Source: an uncultured Gemmataceae bacterium (lineage in GTDB: Bacteria > Planctomycetota > Planctomycetia > Gemmatales > Gemmataceae). From it: a stretch of 64,000 nt of DNA. Of the stretch, positions 38,301 through 47,851 are shown in pieces. The notes under the pieces were generated by a model that was not told the origin of the DNA, made no database searches, and saw nothing but the letters and a program-made list of their open reading frames with translations. The DNA lies in the NCBI GenBank assembly GCA_963750165.1, contig CAVVPN010000003.1, positions 640,001 through 704,000 on the forward strand, given 5' to 3'. Both the position numbers and the translations under genes were made by a program. The stretch's first letter is position 1, and each line of letters begins with the position of its first letter.

Positions 38301-40240
38301 CAGGCAGGGGTGAAACCGAGGTTGCGCAGCGCGTCGCGCACGGCAGCGCAGCCCAGCAGGGCGGTGAACGCCTGCACCGCAGGCCGCGGCAGTCGGGAGC
38401 GCGGGATGACAAAATCGTACTGCTCGTCGCGGAGCGGCAGAAAGCCCAGGCCGTAAGCGGTGGCGACCGTCTGGATAGCAACGCCCCAGTCGGCGCGGCC
38501 CTGCTGCACCGCGGCGACCACGGCGTTGTGCGATCGCGCCTCCACGGTGTAGCCGGCCGGCCGTGTCGCGCCGAGCAGCTGGTCGATCAGCACGCGCGTG
38601 CCGCTGCCGCGGTTGCGGTTGACCAGGACACACTCCGGGTCCGCCAGTGCCGCCGCCACCGCGCCCGCCACCGACCGGCCCGTGAACCGGGCGTCGCCGG
38701 ATCGAAACACCAGCCCTTGCAGGCGACGGTAGCCCGACACCAGGATCAGGTCGTCGCCGAGGAAGGGACGGTTGTATACGCCGGTGACCGGGTCGAGCAA
38801 ATGGATGCCGGCCACGTCGCACTCGTGCCGTCGCGCCGCTTCCAGGCCGCCGGTGCTGCCGACCGCGAGGAAATGCGTGCGCCAGCCCGCCGCGTGCAGG
38901 TGTCCCAGCAGCCGGTCAACGCCGACGCAGTGGCTGCCGATCACCACCAGATCCGCCGGCCGCAGCCCCTTGCCGAGCAACCGCACGTCCACGACGGCAC
39001 CGGCCGCGACATATTCCTGCTGGCGCGGGATGACGACGAAGCCGTCGGCGCGGCTGAAGGCGGTCACGGAGCCGGAGCCCTTGCCCATCGGATACGCGAC
39101 CCACGGCACCGGCCCGGCGGCCTCTGTTGCCACCAGGCCCACCAGCAGAAACTCCGTCCGGCCGCGCTCGGAGTTGACGCGCACCGGCAGACGGGCCGGC
39201 ACCACCTCGGCGTCGTCACCGGGCCGGCCGGCCAGCAGACGGATCACCGGGGCGACAAATTCGTGGAAGGTGAAGATCGCGGAGGTTGGGAAGCCTGGCA
39301 GAATGACCACGGGGACAGTGCGGCCGTCCGGCGTGCGCGTGGCGGCGAGGCACAATGGCTTGCCCGGCTTGAGCGCAACGCCGTGCGCGACGATGCCCGG
39401 CGGCCCCAGCTCGGCGACAACGCGGTAAGACAGATCGCCCTCGCCCTTGGAAGTGCCGCCGGACAGCAGCACGACATCGTGAGCCAGGGCCGCGTGCAGC
39501 CGATCGCGCAGCGCGGCGCGGTCGTCGGCGACGATGCCGAGCGGCACCGGTGCGCCGCCCAGTTCGCGCACGGCGTCGGCCAGGATGGTGGCGTTGCTGT
39601 CGAACACCAGGCCCGGCCGGAGCGGCTGACCCGGAGCGATGAGTTCGTTGCCGGTGGACAGGATCGCCACGCGCGGCCGGCGCACCACGGCGACGGCCGC
39701 GACGCCGAGGGCCGCCAGGGCCCCGGTTTCACGCGAGGTCAGCACGTCTCCGCGGCGGAGCACGGTTTCGCCACGGCCGATGTCGGTGCCGGCGAACGTC
39801 ACGTTGGCGCCGGGCGTTACCGGGCGGCGGACGGACACGCCCGACGCGGTGGTGTCGGTGTACTCGATCATCACCACCGCGTCGGCGCCGCGCGGCACCG
39901 GCGCCCCGGTGGCAATGGCCACGGCGAACCCAGGCCGCAGCGTCTGGATGCCGACGAGTCCCGGCGTCAGCACGTCGCCGGTCGGGCGCAGCAGGCGCGG
40001 CTGGTCCTCGGTGGCGCCGAAGGTGTCCGCAGCGCGAACGGCGAAGCCATCGACGTTGGCGCGATCGAAGCCGGGCACGTCCACCGGCGCCGCCACGTCT
40101 TCGGCCAAAACGCGGCCCAGAGCCTGGTCCAGTGGCACGGTTTCGGCGGCCAGCGGTTGCAGGTCGAGCGCGGCGCGGAAGCGGCGCTCCGCCTCATCGC
40201 GGTCCACCACGTTCAGGAATTGGTCCTGCTGGCTCATCAT
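38249..40240 (-). CDS. moeA: Molybdopterin molybdenumtransferase MoeA fused to PBP (LysR-substrate-like) domain
   Basis: FDRANVDGFAV, IATGAPVPRGADAVVMIE, STGNEL, SGGTSKG, KPGKP, LPGFP; C-terminal GSHC, GSTGGL, NRNRGSGTR. Confidence 0.92.
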   Translation of the reverse strand: MMSQQDQFLNVVDRDEAERRFRAALDLQPLAAETVPLDQALGRVLAEDVAAPVDVPGFDRANVDGFAVRAADTFGATEDQPRLLRPTGDVLTPGLVGIQTLRPGFAVAIATGAPVPRGADAVVMIEYTDTTASGVSVRRPVTPGANVTFAGTDIGRGETVLRRGDVLTSRETGALAALGVAAVAVVRRPRVAILSTGNELIAPGQPLRPGLVFDSNATILADAVRELGGAPVPLGIVADDRAALRDRLHAALAHDVVLLSGGTSKGEGDLSYRVVAELGPPGIVAHGVALKPGKPLCLAATRTPDGRTVPVVILPGFPTSAIFTFHEFVAPVIRLLAGRPGDDAEVVPARLPVRVNSERGRTEFLLVGLVATEAAGPVPWVAYPMGKGSGSVTAFSRADGFVVIPRQQEYVAAGAVVDVRLLGKGLRPADLVVIGSHCVGVDRLLGHLHAAGWRTHFLAVGSTGGLEAARRHECDVAGIHLLDPVTGVYNRPFLGDDLILVSGYRRLQGLVFRSGDARFTGRSVAGAVAAALADPECVLVNRNRGSGTRVLIDQLLGATRPAGYTVEARSHNAVVAAVQQGRADWGVAIQTVATAYGLGFLPLRDEQYDFVIPRSRLPRPAVQAFTALLGCAAVRDALRNLGFTPACSPLVGEGWGGGGRNPD

Positions 40241-40396
40241 CGCTTCCGTGAAGGGGCTCGTCCTTTGATTTAGAGTCGTCATGAACTGGGGTTCACCCAG
40301 AAATCATGAAAATCGCGCCGCCTCTGAACAGCCCATCAGGTGGGCGGCTTATTGTCAGGGCAGCGGTTCGCACACGAGTGGGGGCGGGCACGGGCT

Positions 40397-40600
40397 GACC
40401 ACCAGCGGCCTGCGCTGACAGAGCAAGGGGGCCAAGGAGGCCAAGGGGGCCAACTTTTTCATACGTCGAGATTTGGCGCTCTGGCAGCGTGCGGTTGGCA
40501 CGGCGCGACCACCACCGGCGGCGGTTGCCACAGCAAGGACGCCAAGGACGCCAAGAACGCCAACTTTTTCATACGTCGAGAAGCGGCGCCTGGCAGCGCC
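40397..40600. repeat. Two-unit ~110-bp tandem duplication containing GCCAAG 9-mer microrepeats
   Basis: agcaagg..gccaagg..gccaag...gccaactttttcatacgtcgaga at 40422-40471 and 40532-40581. Confidence 0.8.
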
Positions 40601-40945
40601 GGCCTGCCGTTTGTGGGCTCCGCGACTGCGAACCGCGCTGGGGACGCATTCCCGAGAGCAGCGCCCGATAATGATTCCGGTGGATTGGCCCTCATCTATT
40701 TCGAGCGCGCTGCCCGGTTGCAGGAGGAGCACGACCCGGCGGACTACCAGTTCCTGCAGCGCTGCATCGCCCGCGTCCGCGGCAAGGTGCGGCCGCGCAC
40801 GGACGAGCCGACCTGAGTGCGGGTTTCGCACAATCTTCCCCATTTTGCAGATTTTTCTCCTTTTTTCTTCTCATTCCTGAATTGTGTCTTTCGGTTTGAG
40901 CCACGGTGAAGTATGCTACTATCACAATTTTTTGAAAATTGTTTT

Positions 40946-41539
40946 ATGAACGCAAAAACCCTCCACCAGGTTGTCGAACTGCTGCTCCGCCAGGCGCGGC
41001 GCGAGGGGTCCGTCGATGCCGGAGACATCCGCACGGAACTGGCCCGGGCTAACCTGCCCGAGGGAAGCTGGCCAGAGGCCGTGGCCCTGGCCGGCCCGGC
41101 ACTCGTCCACCGTGAGGGCCGCTACTACCCGGCCGACGCACCGGTATCGGCTTCGGCGCAACGCCAGCAGCAGATTGAACGGACGCTCAACCGACTGATC
41201 CGATGCTACAAGGCGTCCGTCGCCTGCAAAGAGCGTCGCCACCAGAATCGGGTGGATTTCGTCCAATCGGTCAAGGTCTGGACTGCGGACGGGCGCGAAC
41301 TGACTTTGCTTAGCCGCGACCTGTCGCTCACAGGCGTTCGCCTCATCTCCTCCGTCGGTCTGCTGGGCCAGAAAATCGTCGTGCAACTGCCCGGACTGCA
41401 CGACCGCGAACCGCACCGCTTTCTGGTGCGCGTCGTGTGGACCTGCGCGGTCGGCGACGACCTGTACGAAAATGGCGGCCTGATCCTCGATTTGCTGCCC
41501 CGCAAGAACAGTCGACTCCGGTTGCTCAACGACGAGTAA
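40946..41539 (+). CDS. PilZ-domain protein
   Basis: ERRHQNR (RxxxR) and RDLSLTG (DxSxxG) motifs; RVVW. Confidence 0.75.
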   Translation: MNAKTLHQVVELLLRQARREGSVDAGDIRTELARANLPEGSWPEAVALAGPALVHREGRYYPADAPVSASAQRQQQIERTLNRLIRCYKASVACKERRHQNRVDFVQSVKVWTADGRELTLLSRDLSLTGVRLISSVGLLGQKIVVQLPGLHDREPHRFLVRVVWTCAVGDDLYENGGLILDLLPRKNSRLRLLNDE

Positions 41540-41641
41540 TCGGCTTTCCTCGGCAGATTTTCACGGCCTGAACATTTTCCCTTCACGTTCTTTCCGAGAA
41601 TGAATCCCTTCTCGTTTTACGCCAATATTTTGGGAACTCCC

Positions 41642-41657
41642 TGGAACTCTTGGTGCG
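41642..41657 (+). promoter_or_regulatory. Possible sigma54 -24/-12 promoter
   Basis: TGGAACTCTTGGTGCG has GG-N10-GC spacing ~95 bp upstream of the activator gene; only a partial match to consensus. Confidence 0.25.
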
Positions 41658-41749
41658 TCGGCTGCGTCTTACTGCTGGATATGGAAGCCTGCTCACGTGC
41701 CGGAGGGTACGCGAGGTTGTGGCAGAAACCTCAAAGACGAGGAGTGCTC

Positions 41750-42841
41750 ATGCCCAATGGTTCCGACACCGTAGAAGTTTGCAACTCCGCTGGCAGTAAG
41801 AGTTCCCGAGTTGCCCCCATGCCAAGATCCCCCGGTTCTTCCCCACACACGCTGACGGCGCCCCTGACCGATTTTTTTGATGCCCTGCCCTCTGGTATGT
41901 CCGAGCTGGAAGAACAGTTGCGCCGGGTGGCGCCGCAGGACACGACCTTGTTGTTCACGGGGGAGACGGGGACGGGCAAAACGCGCCTGGCTCGTCTCAT
42001 CCACGAACTGTCGGCGCGCCGCGACGAGCCCTTCCTGGTCATCGACTGTGGTGCCCTCTCGGAGCACTTGATCGAGAGCGAGTTCTTCGGTCATGTGAAG
42101 GGCGCGTTCACCGGTGCCGACCGCGACCGCGTGGGCAAACTGGCCGCCGCGGGCCGCGGCACCCTGCTCGTGGACGAGGTGAATTCCCTGCCCCTGGCCT
42201 TGCAGAGCAAGTTGCTCCGCGCCGCCGACGAACGGGTCTTCGAGCCGGTCGGCTCGGAGAAGCCACAGCCGTTCCGCGCCCGGCTGATCGCTGCCACCAA
42301 CGCCCCACTGGACCGCGAGGTCGAGGCCGGCCGGTTCCGGGCCGACCTCTATTTCCGGCTCAATGTGGTGGGCTTCTCCCTGCCGCCGCTGCGCGACCGG
42401 CCCGAGGTCATTGCCGCGCTGGCCCACAAGTTTTTCCGCGAATTTGCGGACCAGCGGCGCGCGACCTCCCTGAAGAGCATTACGCCGGACACGGTGCAGG
42501 CCCTGACAGCCTACTCCTGGCCGGGCAACATCCGCGAGCTCCGCAATGTCCTGGAGCGGGCGGTCGCCCTCAGCCGTGGACCGGAAATCCAGCTGACCGA
42601 TCTGCCCGAGGCCGTTCGCTCTGCCCGGCCGGCGATCGCTCCCGCTGAGCTGCCTCGGAGCCAACCCACCCCGCGGCCGAGCCCCTCCACCCTGGCCCAG
42701 AGCAAGGAAGAGGCGGAAATCCTGTTGATCACCGAGGTGCTGCGGCGCAACAACAACAATCGGCTGCGTGCCGCGGCCGAACTCGGCATCAGCCGCATGG
42801 GGCTGTACAAGAAACTGCACAAGTATCGCTTGATCGATTAA
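41750..42841 (+). CDS. Sigma54-dependent transcriptional activator (AAA+ + Fis HTH), no receiver domain
   Basis: GETGTGKT, GAFTGA, FRADLYFRLN, WPGNIRELRN, AAAELGISRMGLYKKL. Confidence 0.9.
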   Translation: MPNGSDTVEVCNSAGSKSSRVAPMPRSPGSSPHTLTAPLTDFFDALPSGMSELEEQLRRVAPQDTTLLFTGETGTGKTRLARLIHELSARRDEPFLVIDCGALSEHLIESEFFGHVKGAFTGADRDRVGKLAAAGRGTLLVDEVNSLPLALQSKLLRAADERVFEPVGSEKPQPFRARLIAATNAPLDREVEAGRFRADLYFRLNVVGFSLPPLRDRPEVIAALAHKFFREFADQRRATSLKSITPDTVQALTAYSWPGNIRELRNVLERAVALSRGPEIQLTDLPEAVRSARPAIAPAELPRSQPTPRPSPSTLAQSKEEAEILLITEVLRRNNNNRLRAAAELGISRMGLYKKLHKYRLID

Positions 42842-42852
42842 CGCATTAAAGA

Positions 42853-42947
42853 CGAATCACGAAAACACGACAGAACGAAAACACGAAAAAGACCAATTCA
42901 TTTATGGTCTTTTTCGTGTTTTTGTTCTGTCGTGTTTTCGTGATTCG
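42853..42947. repeat. Inverted repeat with 43-bp arms built of ACACGAAA microrepeats
   Basis: cgaatcacgaaaacacgacagaacgaaaacacgaaaaagacca and its reverse complement with one mismatch; lies between convergent genes. Confidence 0.9.
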
Positions 42948-42956
42948 CCTTTGGTT

Positions 42957-44375
42957 TCAGGCGGTGCCCATCAAGCCGTATTTGTGCAGTTTCTTGTACA
43001 GCGCCATGCGGCTGATGCCGAGTTCAGCCGCAGCACGCAGCCGATTGTTGCGGTGCTTCTCCAGCGCCTCCGTGATGCGCACGATCTCAGCCTCTTCCTT
43101 GACCACCGCCAGCGTGGACTGCTCGCCCGGCAGGTAGCTCGGCACCGCCGCCGGAGAGGCGGATCGGGAACAGGAGCCCCAGTGGCCGGCGGAGCGAATG
43201 GCCTCGGGCAGGTCGCGCACCTGGATTTCCGTGCCGGGGCACAGGGCGACCGCGCGTTCGAGGACGTTGCGCAGCTCGCGAATGTTGCCCGGCCAGTCGT
43301 ACTCCTCCAGGCAGCGCAGGGCGTCCGGCGCGATGCGGTGGATGTTGCGGCTGTTGCGGCTGGCGAACTCGACCAGGAACTTGCTGGCCAGTGGGGTGAC
43401 GGTGCCGCGCCGCTCCCGCAGTGGGGCGAGGTAAAAGCCCACAACGTTGAGCCGATAGAACAGGTCGGCGCGAAACCGATTCTCGGCGACCTCACGGTCC
43501 AGCGGCTTGTTGCTGGCGGCGATCAGTCGGGCCTGCAGCGGCAGCTGCCGGTTGGAGCCGACCGGCTCGAAGACCCGCTCGTCCACGGCGCGGAGCAGCT
43601 TGCTCTGCAGCGGCCCTGGCAGGGAGTTGATCTCGTCCAGCAACAGCGTGCCAGCCCCCGCCGCCAGGAACTTGCCCGGCCGGTCGCGGTCGGCGCCAGT
43701 GAAGGCGCCCTTCACATGGCCGAACATTTCGCTCTCGATCAGGCTGGCGGACAGGGCGCCGCAGTCGATGACCAGGAAGGGTTCGTCGCGCCGCGGCGAC
43801 AGTTCGTGGATGAGACGAGCCAGGCGCGTCTTGCCCGTCCCTGTCTCCCCCGTGAACAACAAGGTCGTGTCCTGCGGTCCCAGGCGGCGAATTTGTTCCA
43901 TCTGCTCGGACATCTCAGGGGACACCACGAAGTGCAGGGCGTCCTGCATCCCCAGCAAGCCGGAGGGGTCGCCGGCGGCTTTCTCGCGGCGGCCGAAGCG
44001 GGCGCGCAGGGTGAGGGTGTCCAGCAGGTAGGACAAGCGCCCGAGTTCCACCGGCAGCCCCACGTAGTCGGTGGCGCCGGCCCGGAGAAAGGCCACTGCC
44101 TGGTGGTCCTGGTACGAGTCACTGAGTACCACGACGGTCGGAGGCACCTGCCGGGCCGCCAGCGCGGTCACGAAGCGGGTCAGTTCGGCCTCGTCTCCGT
44201 CCTGGGTAAGGTGCGTCATCACCAGGGCCGGATCCTCCTGATCGGGGCGCACAAGGGCATCGACAAGATCTCCGCACACTTCCAGCCGCACGCGCTCCAC
44301 AGAATCCAGGCCGTCCTTCACCATCCGTAGCAACCGGGGGTCTGTGCTCACCAGTAACGCTGTACAGTCAACCAT
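42957..44375 (-). CDS. NtrC-like sigma54-dependent activator with atypical receiver domain
   Basis: Receiver-like N-terminus (ALLVSTD...LVMTHL...AFLRAGATDYV) plus GETGTGKT, GAFTGA, WPGNIREL and Fis HTH. Confidence 0.9.
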   Translation of the reverse strand: MVDCTALLVSTDPRLLRMVKDGLDSVERVRLEVCGDLVDALVRPDQEDPALVMTHLTQDGDEAELTRFVTALAARQVPPTVVVLSDSYQDHQAVAFLRAGATDYVGLPVELGRLSYLLDTLTLRARFGRREKAAGDPSGLLGMQDALHFVVSPEMSEQMEQIRRLGPQDTTLLFTGETGTGKTRLARLIHELSPRRDEPFLVIDCGALSASLIESEMFGHVKGAFTGADRDRPGKFLAAGAGTLLLDEINSLPGPLQSKLLRAVDERVFEPVGSNRQLPLQARLIAASNKPLDREVAENRFRADLFYRLNVVGFYLAPLRERRGTVTPLASKFLVEFASRNSRNIHRIAPDALRCLEEYDWPGNIRELRNVLERAVALCPGTEIQVRDLPEAIRSAGHWGSCSRSASPAAVPSYLPGEQSTLAVVKEEAEIVRITEALEKHRNNRLRAAAELGISRMALYKKLHKYGLMGTA

Positions 44376-45194
44376 GGGTGCGTTCCTATGTCGTGAACTC
44401 AAGTTGGGCTGAGCATCCCTGCACAGGTCTCCCGATCTGTCCCTGTCCGGGGCCATCACGCAGCGTAGGTCCTCCTTTGGGTGGAAAAAGACGCAGAAGT
44501 CGGCACCTGGCCTCGGGGGGCAGAGGCCTGTTCCCCGCGGGGGCGGGGACAAAACGGAAATACAACCCGAACCGGGGGAGCAGAAGCAGACCAACGGCAT
44601 CAACCGTGATTCAGGCAGCGTTCGGCACTCCATCACAACATACGTCATACCGAATGCGAGTTCAAACTTCGGATGGAGAGCCGGTACTGGGGTGCTGTCG
44701 GGTTCATGGTTTGTGGTGTTGTGGGTTGATTCAAAGCAATTAATTACCGTACCGATCCACAGTCGGAGCTATCCCGGTTGTCTGATCCCGCCCTGGGACC
44801 CTAACCGCGGGCTTCAATGCCGGGCAGAAACCACCGGACTTCATCGTCCAGGGGGAGGCCACAGGAAGATCGACAGCTGGGCGGCACGACCAAGAAGTTC
44901 AGGCCAGGGATGAACTTTGCTCAGTCGCTTGTCCTCACGTTGTGGGGGATGGGTAGGCATTACTCAAGGGGATTTAATCACACGAACCTGGCCCACGCAA
45001 GCAGAAAAACCGGAAAAGTTGTTAAAAACCGCAAATTTTTCCGCTGAAATTAACTGCGTGCTCCAAGTGCCTAACTGACAGGAGGATGCGCCACCTGCTT
45101 GTGACCGGTGCAACAACCCTCGGGCGCCCCGTGTACTATGCTTGCTCCGATCCCCTGGTGCTCCGCCCGCTTTACCCCCTCTTGCGAGGTTTTC

Positions 45195-46133
45195 ATGGCG
45201 CAGGCCAATCATCCCGAATCCCTTCATCAGCGCTGCGTGGATTTGCTCTTCGCCCAGGCGGCGGGCGGCGCCCCCGCCGAGCAGGGCGGCCCCCACCCGG
45301 TCGGGGCGCCGACGGTTTTTGACGTGGCCCCCGCCGCGTCGGCGCTGCTGACGACCGCTCCAGCCATGATGTTCGGGGTTGCCCAGCCGAACTGGCCCCG
45401 CCGGCCGCCGGACCTGAGCACGCCCGAGGGCGTCCAGGCGGCTTTCGAGTGGTTCCGCGAGGAGAAAGCCCGTCTGGAGGCATACACCCGCAGCCAGTTC
45501 GGCGCCATCCGCAAGCAGCAGGAAGACCTCCTGGCCCAGCACGTCCGCAATGAGCAGTCGCTGCTCGCCGGACACCTGCGCAATGAAGAAGCCCTGGCGG
45601 TGCGCGCCCAGGAAGTGAACCGGGAATTGCAGTACCTCGCCACGCAGACGGCCGCCCTGCAGGCGCGGTCCCGCGACCTGACGGATCGCGAGCAGGCCCT
45701 GGCCCAGCAGACGGAACGACTGGCCCGAGCCCAGGAGGACTGGCTGGCGAAGCGCCCGACCAGCGCCGACGCCCCGCACGCCGACGCTCCGGAAGCGCTC
45801 CTGTCCCAGCTGCGTGCGGAGACCGAACGGATCGCCGCCCAGGAAACCGACGCCCGCGAGCGGTTCGCCTCCTTCGAGGCCGACCTTCTCGAACGGCAGC
45901 GGACCTGGGAAAAGCGGCAGGCGGACATCACCAGGCGCCACGCCCAGATGGAAACGCGCTACGCCGCCCTGGAGAAGGCCGAGGCCGCCGTCCAGCGGCG
46001 AATGACCGAACTGGACGAACTGGAAGACCGCCTGCGCCAGGAACTGGAGACCCAGGAGTGCCAGGCGGTGCGCGAACGCCAGGAACTGGAACGCCTCCGC
46101 GCCCGCCTGCGCACCCAACTGACTGGCGGTTGA
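45195..46133 (+). CDS. Coiled-coil hypothetical protein
   Basis: Long Glu/Gln/Arg/Ala heptad-rich region; GAGG RBS before ATG. Confidence 0.7.
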   Translation: MAQANHPESLHQRCVDLLFAQAAGGAPAEQGGPHPVGAPTVFDVAPAASALLTTAPAMMFGVAQPNWPRRPPDLSTPEGVQAAFEWFREEKARLEAYTRSQFGAIRKQQEDLLAQHVRNEQSLLAGHLRNEEALAVRAQEVNRELQYLATQTAALQARSRDLTDREQALAQQTERLARAQEDWLAKRPTSADAPHADAPEALLSQLRAETERIAAQETDARERFASFEADLLERQRTWEKRQADITRRHAQMETRYAALEKAEAAVQRRMTELDELEDRLRQELETQECQAVRERQELERLRARLRTQLTGG

Positions 46134-46262
46134 CGCGGGAGCACCCTGGCGGTTCTTGCTGCTCTGACTTCGAGCGATCCCCCCGCGGGCCGGCGACGCA
46201 TTGTCAAACGAGTCCGCGGCGGACACAATGCCCCCAGAACCACCACTCCCGGGGGCCGTCGC

Positions 46263-47756
46263 ATGACATCCTTCCTGCTGGCCATCGACCAGGGCACGAC
46301 CAGCACGCGCACGCTGGTCTTCGACGACGCCGGCGCCGTCCGTGGCAGCGCTGCGCTGGAACTGCACCAGCACTACCCGCGGCCCGGCTGGGTCGAGCAC
46401 GACCCAGAGGAAATCTGGCAGGCCGTGACGCGCGTGGTGCCGGAGGCGCTGCGGCAGGCGCACGTAGAGCCGTCCCAGCTGGCCGCCGTCGGCGTCACCA
46501 ACCAGCGCGAAACGGTCGTGCTCTGGGACCGCGCCACCGGGCGGCCGCTGGCGCCGGCCATCGTCTGGCAGGACCGGCGCACGACCGACTTCTGCCGCGA
46601 ACGTCAGGCGGACGAACCGTGGCTGCGGCAGCGCACCGGACTGGTGCTCGACCCGTACTTCTCGGCGACCAAGCTGCGCTGGCTGCTGGAGCAGGACGCG
46701 GCCCTGCGGCGGCGCGCCGAGGCGGGGCAGTTGGCGGCCGGCACCATCGACAGCTGGCTGATCTGGCGGCTGACCGGCGGCCGCGTCCACGTCACGGACG
46801 TGACCAACGCCTCGCGCACGCTGCTGCTGGACATCCACCGCTGCGCCTGGGACGACGAACTGTGCCGCTACTTCGGGGTGCCGCGACCGCTGCTGGCGGA
46901 GGTGAAGCCAAGCGCCGCGGACTTCGGCCAAACTGCGGGGCTCGGCTTCTTGCCGGACGGGCTGCGGATTGCCGGCGTGGCGGGCGACCAGCAGGCGGCG
47001 CTGTTCGGCCAGCGGGCGTTCACGGCCGGCGCGGGCAAGTGTACCTACGGCACCGGGGCGTTTTTCCTGCTGCACACGGGCGCGACCGCGGTGGCGTCGG
47101 CGCACCGGCTGCTGACGACGGTGGCGGCGACGCTGGACGAACGACCGCAGTACGCCCTGGAGGGCAGCGTCTTCGTGGCCGGGGCGGCGGTGCAGTGGCT
47201 GCGCGACGGTCTGAAGCTGTTCCGCGAGGCGCCGGCGGTCGAGGCGCTGGCGGCGCAGTCGGACCAGGAGCAGCCGGTGCTGTTCGTGCCGGGCTTCGTG
47301 GGGTTGGGGGCGCCGCACTGGGTGCCGGAGGCGCGGGGCGTGCTGTTCGGGCTGACGCGCGCCACGACGGCGGCGGACGTGAGCCGGGCGACGCTGGAGG
47401 GCGTCGCGTTCCAGGTGGCGGACCTGGTTGAGGCGGCTGGCAAGGACGCGGGCGCGCCGATGCAGGGCCTGCGTGTGGACGGTGGCATGGCGCGGAATGC
47501 GTGGTTCTTGCAGTGCCAGGCGGACCTGCTGGGACTGCCGGTGCTGCAGGCGCCGACCAGTGAATCGACGGCGCTGGGGGCGGCGCTGCTGGCGGGGCTG
47601 CGCGTCGGCGTCTGGCCGGACCTGGAGGGCTTGCGGCGGTTGCCGATGGAAGCGCGACGGTTTGAGCCGCGGTTGCCGGAGGCAGAGCGGCGGCGGCGGT
47701 TGGGGCAGTGGCACCGGGCGGTGCGGGCGGTGATCGGGTTTTACACAGGGGCGTGA
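46263..47756 (+). CDS. glpK: Glycerol kinase
   Basis: AIDQGTTSTR, GWVEHDP, TNQRET, IVWQDRRT, TNASRT, GDQQAALFG, KCTYGTG, LRVDGG. Confidence 0.95.
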   Translation: MTSFLLAIDQGTTSTRTLVFDDAGAVRGSAALELHQHYPRPGWVEHDPEEIWQAVTRVVPEALRQAHVEPSQLAAVGVTNQRETVVLWDRATGRPLAPAIVWQDRRTTDFCRERQADEPWLRQRTGLVLDPYFSATKLRWLLEQDAALRRRAEAGQLAAGTIDSWLIWRLTGGRVHVTDVTNASRTLLLDIHRCAWDDELCRYFGVPRPLLAEVKPSAADFGQTAGLGFLPDGLRIAGVAGDQQAALFGQRAFTAGAGKCTYGTGAFFLLHTGATAVASAHRLLTTVAATLDERPQYALEGSVFVAGAAVQWLRDGLKLFREAPAVEALAAQSDQEQPVLFVPGFVGLGAPHWVPEARGVLFGLTRATTAADVSRATLEGVAFQVADLVEAAGKDAGAPMQGLRVDGGMARNAWFLQCQADLLGLPVLQAPTSESTALGAALLAGLRVGVWPDLEGLRRLPMEARRFEPRLPEAERRRRLGQWHRAVRAVIGFYTGA

Positions 47757-47851
47757 CCGGTGGGGGCGGGTTGATGAGGCACGGTGCCGCCCAGAGCAAG
47801 AACACCGTCAGTAGATGGCCGGCGCCAATCAGGGTCGTCTCCCTGGTCGGT

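Noticed and set aside
34339..38313. 1324-aa plus-strand ORF
   Set aside because: Antisense shadow of the kinase-tubulin gene caused by high GC3; no recognisable motifs.
40422..40581. Possible CRISPR array
   Set aside because: Only two units, the intervening sequences are also similar to each other, and there are no cas genes; it is a tandem duplication.
44400..45190. ncRNA or riboswitch in the long intergenic region
   Set aside because: No recognisable conserved structure by eye; probably divergent promoters. An Rfam scan would be needed.
44964..47714. 916-aa minus-strand ORF
   Set aside because: Antisense to glpK and the coiled-coil gene.
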